Virus record (IMG/VR): IMGVR_UViG_3300047469_000103
Coordinates: 192,001 to 256,000 of that record
DNA: 64,000 nt
Source of the DNA: a virus
Taxonomy: Duplodnaviria; Caudoviricetes
Strand: one strand, 5' to 3'
A program made the position numbers and the translations under genes. The notes under the pieces were generated by a model, which was not told the DNA's origin, did not search any database, and was given only the letters and a program-made list of their open reading frames with translations. This document shows, in pieces, positions 57,270 through 64,000 of this stretch; within the stretch, counting starts at the first letter, position 1, and every line of letters begins with the position of its first letter.

Positions 57270-57281
57270 GACGGTTCCTTG

Positions 57282-57752
57282 TTAATACGAATGTGTGAAA
57301 TTCAGCGTGTAACGTTTGCCGTGAACACGAGCGAGACGCTGGCTACGGAATTCGATTTCGACGTTCGCAATACCCGTGTGATAAATCAGGGTAGCGCCGC
57401 GCTTGTGGGAGCGAACCGAAAAACGTTTGTAATCTGGCGGATTGTTAATTGCGCCGTACCAGTTCTGCATGAATTTGTGTGCGGCGTTCGATTGCTCGAA
57501 ATAGCTGTGTGACGAAACCGGTTTTGATGGTTTACGCTCGTGGAAAATCGAACCTGTTTCTTTGTCCGCATTCAGCGTAACGTTCATCATCTGCGAAGGG
57601 AATACGCCGGGGTGACGGGCGTTAACTTCGAACAGCGGCATGCCGTCAAATTCAATCGTCCATTTCTGCGCTGTTTCTTTTGGTGCAACGTTGCCAATCC
57701 ACACGTGACCGGTAACGTCCATCAAATTCGCTGGTGAACTTTGCTCTACCAT
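57282..57752 (-). CDS. Paralogue A of the [FY]RSxRxA[RK] C-terminal family
   Basis: SHKRGATLIY...EFRSQRLARV. Confidence 0.7.
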   Translation of the reverse strand: MVEQSSPANLMDVTGHVWIGNVAPKETAQKWTIEFDGMPLFEVNARHPGVFPSQMMNVTLNADKETGSIFHERKPSKPVSSHSYFEQSNAAHKFMQNWYGAINNPPDYKRFSVRSHKRGATLIYHTGIANVEIEFRSQRLARVHGKRYTLNFTHSY

Positions 57753-58204
57753 CCCCGTCTTCCTATGCCGTGTTTTTTCATATCCACGCGGGCTTCACGC
57801 GCAGAACGATATTCGTACCAATAAGTCGTGCTGGTATTGTCTTTCGGGTTACGTTCCCAAACATAAACCATAACTTTTCCGCGACGATGCACGAGCGAGT
57901 AAATGTATTTCGTTTGGTATTTCGGATTCGGTTGATACACGTCGCAGATAATTGAAATTCCGGTCAACGTGCCTATGCTTCCGGTCAACAGTGGCGCAGT
58001 GTCAACGGGAACCGGTTCGACTGTTTCAGCAGCGCCCGTACCGTAATGCGCTTCACATGGCCGCGCTGGTAATGACCACGGATAATCCATCGGCATTGTG
58101 TAGATGCCACCGCCTTTTTTCATGCGCGGTAATTCGTTACGCTGTTCTGTACAGCGCACGTTTTCCAATTCACTTAAAACCCATCCTTTCATCCCGTCCA
58201 TCAT
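57746..58204 (-). CDS. Paralogue B of the [FY]RSxRxA[RK] C-terminal family
   Basis: VHRRGKVMVY...EYRSAREARV. Start trimmed (ATGA overlap). Confidence 0.7.
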   Translation of the reverse strand: MMDGMKGWVLSELENVRCTEQRNELPRMKKGGGIYTMPMDYPWSLPARPCEAHYGTGAAETVEPVPVDTAPLLTGSIGTLTGISIICDVYQPNPKYQTKYIYSLVHRRGKVMVYVWERNPKDNTSTTYWYEYRSAREARVDMKKHGIGRRGW

Positions 58205-58560
58205 GCCTGTGCCTCTACCGGTTTTGGTTTCCACAACTTGGCAAACTTCAGAACGTTCGGCACGTTGTCAGATTCAACCGGGAGGATAACCAGACAGGAA
58301 GGCTGTGCATCGCAAATTGTGTTCTCGTGGCCTTCGTGGCACACCAGAGTTTCACGAATTTTATCAAACTCGCGACGGTTCACACGCAGCACAACTTTAC
58401 GGAAAGAATCGTTCAACCATTTGTGATAGCAAAGGAACTCTGCGTCTGGCCGAAGTGGCGATGCGAATCTTATATGTGCCGTCAGAATCGAATGCGCAAC
58501 CAGCGTCGGCACCATGTAGTCGGGAGCGTCGTCGAGGACTGCGATGTACATCTTTTTCAT
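58201..58560 (-). CDS. Peptidyl-tRNA hydrolase type 2 (Pth2)-like protein
   Basis: KMYIAV..D.P......VAHS......W....FRKVVLRV..........E.T.....CLVILP follows the Pth2 fold pattern. Confidence 0.65.
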   Translation of the reverse strand: MKKMYIAVLDDAPDYMVPTLVAHSILTAHIRFASPLRPDAEFLCYHKWLNDSFRKVVLRVNRREFDKIRETLVCHEGHENTICDAQPSCLVILPVESDNVPNVLKFAKLWKPKPVEAQA

Positions 58561-58871
58561 TTCTTCGCCCTTCTATTTTTGATCCAGACCTTCGCGGTAC
58601 GCAGGCTACGGAATTTCAGAACGCTACCCTTTGGCAGCAACAGGAAAACAATCGCGCCCCACTTCGACGAATACACAGACGCGTAATCCCACGCAAGTTT
58701 TTTCCATTCGTCTTCGGGAACCTGCATCGCGTCAATGCGCGCAACAGCACGGCGATTGCGACGGTATTCAGTTTCGAGTTTTGCTTGAGGCAGACGGGTT
58801 TGGTACAACTTCAAAAGCGTCATGCCATCATCGCGAACCATGCTACGCAAATCCCAATTCTGAGTCGTCAT
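58557..58871 (-). CDS. Paralogue C of the [FY]RSxRxA[RK] C-terminal family
   Basis: SSKWGAIVF...KFRSLRTAKVW. Start trimmed (ATGA overlap). Confidence 0.7.
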   Translation of the reverse strand: MTTQNWDLRSMVRDDGMTLLKLYQTRLPQAKLETEYRRNRRAVARIDAMQVPEDEWKKLAWDYASVYSSKWGAIVFLLLPKGSVLKFRSLRTAKVWIKNRRAKK

Positions 58872-59200
58872 TTTATAGATGCCCTGAATTCTTTTACCCA
58901 CATTTTCGCATAGCGACGGGAACGGAATTTCGTAACCTGTCTGATCGGGTAGATCGTGTGGACGTTAACGCCGCGACGGTGCGAGCTAACGAGGGCTACG
59001 CGCTTCAGCGAATCCATCATTTGCTTCTGTTTCACGCGTGCGAATTCTACAAAGCGTGCATTCGATACAGCCATTTGTGCAGCGTAAGACGACGTGTCTA
59101 CTGCACCGTTTAAAAACTCTTCAGACAGGCCCAGCGCTGCCAGCTTCTGTCGGTTCATTTCTTCCAGAGTCGGATTGTCCACTTGCGTGTTCCTTTTCAT
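58868..59200 (-). CDS. Paralogue D of the [FY]RSxRxA[RK] C-terminal family
   Basis: SHRRGVNVHTI...KFRSRRYAKMW. Start is ATG 59200 or TTG 59209. Confidence 0.7.
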   Translation of the reverse strand: MKRNTQVDNPTLEEMNRQKLAALGLSEEFLNGAVDTSSYAAQMAVSNARFVEFARVKQKQMMDSLKRVALVSSHRRGVNVHTIYPIRQVTKFRSRRYAKMWVKEFRASIK

Positions 59201-59432
59201 GGCGGGCAATCGCCTCTGTAATAAAATTCAGAGCGTAGCAATTTGCGCGCACGTAATTGTAACCAGCGTAACCGTCGGAGAATACAACCAGAGCCGGGTA
59301 CGATTTCGGGTAGCCTTTGATATCTGGTTTGCTGTCGCTGTTCCAGAATTCTTTGGCCGCTTGTTTGAAGCCTGCTTGCGTCCGCACGATGTACAGGCAC
59401 GGCGTAAGTTTTTCGCGATTATCTGTAATCAT
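59121..59432 (-). CDS. Hypothetical protein
   Basis: 103 aa ORF with an ATGA overlap. Confidence 0.7.
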   Translation of the reverse strand: MITDNREKLTPCLYIVRTQAGFKQAAKEFWNSDSKPDIKGYPKSYPALVVFSDGYAGYNYVRANCYALNFITEAIARHEKEHASGQSDSGRNEPTEAGSAGPV

Positions 59433-60181
59433 TTTGCCTTCGCCTTTTTCATACCTTTGACGACCACGCCTTTGTTGATCGCACGAATGTATCGCAATTC
59501 GTAAGCACTGATTTTCAACTGCTTTGCAATATCGTCTTCCTCACCTTCCATCTGCAACGCTTCCCGGTACAGGATCGCTGTCGGACTGGTTAACAAATCA
59601 CTCATTCGTTTGACTTGTTTATCAGTGAGCGGCACGGTCTGGCGTAGCTTATCCAATCGTTTACAGTATTGACTGAAACTCTCTTTCGAAGCCATCCACT
59701 TGCACACCAGTTCCTTGATTGGCTTCTGGTGCGTCTCGCTTGGCGTGAGATAAACAAACGTCATAAACTGCATCAGGAATGTGGCTTGTTGCTTCGCGTG
59801 ATCCTTTGCCATTTTCACAATGTCGAAAGGCAGGCGCACGATTGGAATGTCAGGGCATTTATCCAGACGAACACACGGCGTCAATGCGAAGCCGTCGATG
59901 TGAAAGAATTCTTCTGCGCGGTAATCGGCAGGCGTGAAACTGAATTGCGAAAGCGCGATTGGATCGTCGCACACGTAGGACTGTGCTTTGCGCAGTTCCA
60001 GTCCTTCGCGGTTCCGCTGAAAAGAATGCACACTCATAAAAATGAAATGCGCACGCTTGTTTTTGCGGTCGATGATTTCGTTATCACCAACGATATAAAC
60101 GTCAGAACGTTCGATACCTTCGCCGCGTAGCTTGAGCAATACTTCGTCAGGTGCCTTATGGGCGAACGCAAAAACTTTCAT
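59429..60181 (-). CDS. Hypothetical protein with possible C-terminal helix-turn-helix
   Basis: EDDIAKQLKISAYELRYI resembles an HTH motif. Confidence 0.5.
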   Translation of the reverse strand: MKVFAFAHKAPDEVLLKLRGEGIERSDVYIVGDNEIIDRKNKRAHFIFMSVHSFQRNREGLELRKAQSYVCDDPIALSQFSFTPADYRAEEFFHIDGFALTPCVRLDKCPDIPIVRLPFDIVKMAKDHAKQQATFLMQFMTFVYLTPSETHQKPIKELVCKWMASKESFSQYCKRLDKLRQTVPLTDKQVKRMSDLLTSPTAILYREALQMEGEEDDIAKQLKISAYELRYIRAINKGVVVKGMKKAKAK

Positions 60182-60337
60182 TTATTTATCCTTCGGGCAT
60201 TTGGCTCGGATCGCAGCCAGTTCTTCGTTGGCACGTAGGCGAGAGGTAGCGAGGCGGGCGTCTCGGTTGAAGTGATTCTGCGCCCGGAAATACGTGAAGT
60301 TGTTCAGAAATTTCGTGTGACGCAATTCGACAGACAT
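60182..60337 (-). CDS. Small basic protein (51 aa), not in ORF track
   Basis: MSVELRHTKFLNNFTYFRAQNHFNRDARLATSRLRANEELAAIRAKCPKDK. AAGGGA SD. The stop abuts the next ATG. Confidence 0.7.
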   Translation of the reverse strand: MSVELRHTKFLNNFTYFRAQNHFNRDARLATSRLRANEELAAIRAKCPKDK

Positions 60338-60349
60338 TGTTGTTTCCCT

Positions 60350-60655
60350 TCAGGAATAACCACGCTGCGTAAAGTTCGCAGTCAGGTTGATTGTGTCGAG
60401 CAAGCCGAAACTGAAAACAATTTCGACGTGCCCAAGATGGTCAAATTGCAGACCGATAATGCGCGGGTATTCGACGGTTTCCAATTCAGCGACAAGGTTG
60501 GTGCTGTAGTGATACGCAGTCTCGCCATACTTCGGATTAATCTGCGTCAGCATCGCCAGCAATTCTTCGCCTTTGAAATGACGCACAGCGCGTTCGACTT
60601 CGCTGGCGTCAGTCACGAAATATTGACCGGGTTTAATGTTTGCAAAATTGCTCAT
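60350..60655 (-). CDS. Hypothetical protein
   Basis: Start trimmed to MSNFAN. Confidence 0.65.
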   Translation of the reverse strand: MSNFANIKPGQYFVTDASEVERAVRHFKGEELLAMLTQINPKYGETAYHYSTNLVAELETVEYPRIIGLQFDHLGHVEIVFSFGLLDTINLTANFTQRGYS

Positions 60656-60839
60656 GGCGCATCCGGGCTTCGTTAATGGCACGATTACTATCGACGATGG
60701 TTTCCATCATGGCCGTAGGACTCATGCGCCAGCGTGGAATAACTACGTCGGTTTGAATTTTCACGCCACCGGGCAACGGCAGTTCCGCCGCTACTCGCCA
60801 GCCGATTTTCTCTTCGTTACATTTCCATTGAATTTTCAT
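60633..60839 (-). CDS. Hypothetical protein
   Basis: 68 aa ORF with an ATGA overlap onto the Rad50 stop. Confidence 0.65.
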   Translation of the reverse strand: MKIQWKCNEEKIGWRVAAELPLPGGVKIQTDVVIPRWRMSPTAMMETIVDSNRAINEARMRHEQFCKH

Positions 60840-63139
60840 TGTTCAAGCTTCACTCTTGAAACGCCTTTGTGTTTCTCGACAGTCACGTAACTGCAATCGC
60901 TGTGAACGTGTTTGCCCTTTTGTGTAATCAGGAAAACATGCGGCACAAGGGTACGCAGGAACGGAATGTAACGATCAGCAAAAAGCGTGATTGTTGTTTC
61001 GTCCATGTGTGCATCTGGTTCGTCGAGGATCGCGATGTTAACCCGTCGATCAGCCTTCGCCATAATCACGCAAGCGAGGAAGTGCAACAGACGGAAACTA
61101 TCGGATTCTGCGCCGGACAATTCACGAACGTCGGATACGTTGCCGTTGCCCCGGTCAACGATGATATGCACGCCATCGTCTTTTGCCACTACGTTGAACT
61201 TGAATGGCTCAGCGAAAATCAAGTTGGCAAATCGGTTGTAATGTTGCTCCAACTGATAAACGATTTGGTGCATCGCGTGCAGCTTCAAGCCCTTGTTGCT
61301 GTAGGCTTTCGACATTGCTTTGTACAACTGCAATTTCTTTGTCAGCGGTTCCAGCTTTTCAATCTCACCGCTGATTTGATCGCGTTGTTTCGACAGCAGT
61401 TTGAATTCAGCGCGACGGCTACCGTGCTTGACGGAAATCTCATACGCTTTTTCGTATTTCTTTTCGACCTTCTTCAGCTTGGCGGCAGTCTCTTCTAGCT
61501 CGGCGGTCAAGCCTTTGTCTTCTGGCACTTCTTCGAATTCAGCAAGGCGCTCTTTCAGCGCTTTGATTTCATCGAGGATTTCAACCTGTGCTTCGATTTG
61601 TTCCAGCGTGAGTTTGACAGAAACTTTAGGCGCTTTCGGCTTCTTCAGTTCGGACATTTGCTCAGTGATTTCGTCAAAGCGTGCAGCGTTTTCCAGCTTG
61701 TCGGTCAGCGTCTCAAGTTCTTCGTTAGACTTCTTCAGAGTCTTTTTCAGCGCGTAATAATCACGCTCGTTAAACTTGAGTTTTTCGATGATCGCTTTGT
61801 TGGTCGTGCGCGTCTCACGGATTTCGAAAGCGTGAATCATCGACAGCAGCAAACCTTTACGCTTCTTCGCAGCCTTCAGACTTTTCTCAAGGTCTTTCAG
61901 GTTGATTTTCTGCATACAGGTCGGGCAGTTGCCGTCGTCGTGTTCGTGCAGCAAGTCAGAAAGTTTCAGCGTGGTTTTCACCATGCCTAATTCTTCCTTC
62001 ATTTCTTCCATCGGATCAAGCTTTTGCTTATTGCAACGACTCAAGAAGCTGCGCAGTTCTGGCTCAGTGTGATCGTCGAGGTTTTCCAGTTCCCGCACGG
62101 CTGCGTCGAATTCATCGCGGACTTTTGTCTGCCGCTTGTATTCAACTTCCATCGTTTCAATTTCAGCACGCAATTCTTTGACGCGTTTCTTCAGCTTTTT
62201 ACCGCCGCCGCAATCGCCAAGTTCTTCCAGCTTTTTCGTTAGGCGCTTGGCAGTTTTGGTATAGGTGTCCAACTCTTCGTGATACGACTCGGCTGCCTCA
62301 AGTTCTTTGTACATCGCCTTCAATTCTGGCTTTGTATATTTCGCTTTCTTTTGCAGCTTCGCCAGCTTCGACTTTGCAGACGCATAAAATTCCACTTGCT
62401 TCATGAGCGAGCGGAGTTCCTGTGTGCGGGTCTGCAATTTGGTAACTTTCTTGGCCTGAGATTTCACAACCTCGGTGGCTTCGTCGAGTTCCTTTTGGCG
62501 GTGTCGATTCCAACCATTTTTATTCAGCGCGTCATTCGTGTTAAGCAGGTTTTTGCTATGCACGTCGGCTTTGTTCTGCGCGATCTTGACCGCATCAACT
62601 TGCTTGTCGAAATACTTGCGCAGAATATCGAATTGATCCAGTCGCCACACGGCAGTGATATACGACATACGCGTTCGCGCCGTGCCATACATAAAGTCGA
62701 GTTTTTTCTGCGACTGGAGGTGAACGTAGGAATACCATTCATCCGAGGTCAGCGGAATAATCTTTTCGATCCATTCGCGCTGTGCAGCTTGACCACGGAC
62801 TTCCAAATCGGTGCCATCGCGGATGATTTTGTAGCCGCTTCCGCTTTGGCGAATCGTCCATTTGTGCCCGAGGTTTTCCACGTCGATTTCGATATGGGAA
62901 CCTTTCGAGTGAATCCGGTTTTTCTTGCGAGTATCTGCCAACGGCATTTGTTCAAAACGCACGTTGGGCAGCATGCCAAACAAAACAGATTTACCGGCGC
63001 CGTTGTTGGTCTTCTTTGAAATCAGAGAGTCACGGTTGTGGCCGCTTACAACGGTGAAGCCACAGTTATTCGTGAAATCAAATGCACCTTCTTTGTACGA
63101 TACAACGCCATTGAAACGACTGCCGGTAATATCAATCAT
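60836..63139 (-). CDS. Rad50/SbcC-like ABC ATPase
   Basis: NGAGKS Walker A, Q-loop VHLQ, coiled coil with CPTC zinc hook, LSGAE signature, ILDEP Walker B. Confidence 0.95.
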   Translation of the reverse strand: MIDITGSRFNGVVSYKEGAFDFTNNCGFTVVSGHNRDSLISKKTNNGAGKSVLFGMLPNVRFEQMPLADTRKKNRIHSKGSHIEIDVENLGHKWTIRQSGSGYKIIRDGTDLEVRGQAAQREWIEKIIPLTSDEWYSYVHLQSQKKLDFMYGTARTRMSYITAVWRLDQFDILRKYFDKQVDAVKIAQNKADVHSKNLLNTNDALNKNGWNRHRQKELDEATEVVKSQAKKVTKLQTRTQELRSLMKQVEFYASAKSKLAKLQKKAKYTKPELKAMYKELEAAESYHEELDTYTKTAKRLTKKLEELGDCGGGKKLKKRVKELRAEIETMEVEYKRQTKVRDEFDAAVRELENLDDHTEPELRSFLSRCNKQKLDPMEEMKEELGMVKTTLKLSDLLHEHDDGNCPTCMQKINLKDLEKSLKAAKKRKGLLLSMIHAFEIRETRTTNKAIIEKLKFNERDYYALKKTLKKSNEELETLTDKLENAARFDEITEQMSELKKPKAPKVSVKLTLEQIEAQVEILDEIKALKERLAEFEEVPEDKGLTAELEETAAKLKKVEKKYEKAYEISVKHGSRRAEFKLLSKQRDQISGEIEKLEPLTKKLQLYKAMSKAYSNKGLKLHAMHQIVYQLEQHYNRFANLIFAEPFKFNVVAKDDGVHIIVDRGNGNVSDVRELSGAESDSFRLLHFLACVIMAKADRRVNIAILDEPDAHMDETTITLFADRYIPFLRTLVPHVFLITQKGKHVHSDCSYVTVEKHKGVSRVKLEQ

Positions 63140-64000
63140 AATGCTTCCAGATACTTTCTGATATCGCGCAAGTTTGTTGCTGCGCGAGTTTGATGTTCAA
63201 AGGTCAGGCGCTGTTCCAGCATTTCCAGAGTCAGCAACCATTCCAAGCTTGGCGGATTTGCGAGGCATTCGCCGGGTTTACGGTCGCCGTAAAAACCGGA
63301 CGCTGGTGGTTCATTTATAGATACGCCGGGAGACTTGCGGAAAACACGATCAAGATTTTCAACGTATTCGTCGATTTCTTTTTCGTCTTCCTGTTCCTGA
63401 ATACGTTGGGCGTATTGCTCTGCGCTTTCACCAGTCGGGCAAGGGCCGGGGCCAGTTGGGCCTTTCACGCCGATTGATTTTCCTTGAATGTCGAATACTT
63501 CGTGCGAGTCTTCTACTTCGCGCCCTTCTTCAGCAGCGACAGTTTTCAACGCAGAAACCAGACTTTCTTTTTCTTGCTCAGACCATTTATGCGGAGGCTG
63601 GCCGGTCGGAGCTTGCAGGTTTACATTCACTGCGAAACCATCAACGATTTTCACAGGAACGCCGCTGTCGATTTTTTCGCCTTCTTTCACAGGCACTTCA
63701 ATAATCGCGGGACTCTTCATCATTTCAGCCGCGACTTGTTCTGCGATCCACGTTGCATCAGGCATGTAGGAAAGTTGAACTTGCCCACCAGCGCTAACAC
63801 TTACGATTTTCTTACCGTAATGTGGATCGTTTTTATCTTCGATGTGTGTAGGCGCCGGACGCACTTCAACCGGCGCGTCAGGACTCATGAATTTCGAAAC
63901 GAATTTATCCGAGGCTTCGCGCAATACTTCGTCGGCGCTTTCCATCAGGATTTCAGTCGGCGTTTGCACTTCTTCAACGACAGCAACTGCTTCAACAGGC
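63136..64000 (-). CDS. Hypothetical acidic/Pro-rich protein (5'-partial)
   Basis: The frame stays open to the window end, so the track start at 63969 is probably internal. Confidence 0.7.
   Translation of the reverse strand, partial: PVEAVAVVEEVQTPTEILMESADEVLREASDKFVSKFMSPDAPVEVRPAPTHIEDKNDPHYGKKIVSVSAGGQVQLSYMPDATWIAEQVAAEMMKSPAIIEVPVKEGEKIDSGVPVKIVDGFAVNVNLQAPTGQPPHKWSEQEKESLVSALKTVAAEEGREVEDSHEVFDIQGKSIGVKGPTGPGPCPTGESAEQYAQRIQEQEDEKEIDEYVENLDRVFRKSPGVSINEPPASGFYGDRKPGECLANPPSLEWLLTLEMLEQRLTFEHQTRAATNLRDIRKYLEAL

Overview
A 64 kb slice of a jumbo myovirus genome. Every credible gene is on the minus strand, tightly packed, often with ATGA/TAATG stop-start overlaps. Reading in the direction of transcription (right to left), the window holds: a Rad50/SbcC ATPase; a roughly 5 kb cassette of small genes (Pth2-like protein, four paralogues sharing a C-terminal motif, a protein carrying an EF-Tu decapeptide, two LysM proteins and a stand-alone tail-sheath C-terminal domain); an Mre11/SbcD nuclease; an H1-like protein with 8 AT-hooks; probable virion and neck genes; an HNH nuclease; a roughly 2000 aa SNF2-like ATPase; a family A DNA polymerase with an N-terminal UDG-like domain; a beta-clamp-like protein; an SF2 helicase; a degenerate DnaC-like protein; a J-domain protein; tail sheath 2; Ig-repeat virion proteins; an NAD-dependent ligase; a GT2 glycosyltransferase; the head module (protease, scaffold-like protein, decoration protein, major capsid protein); and the tail module (sheath 1, tubes, gp26-like hub proteins, VgrG3-like lysozyme protein). 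The gene content resembles the phiRSL1/Lu11/PaBG/Erwinia Y3-type jumbo phages; this is an inference and no database search was run. Non-coding signals include a recurrent TAATTTWWWW late-promoter-like motif usually followed 11-14 nt later by a hairpin, several intrinsic terminators, a family of hairpins with 2x2 pyrimidine internal loops, and a candidate roughly 88 nt sRNA. I saw no tRNA, rRNA, CRISPR array or transposon. All product calls come from motif recognition by eye.
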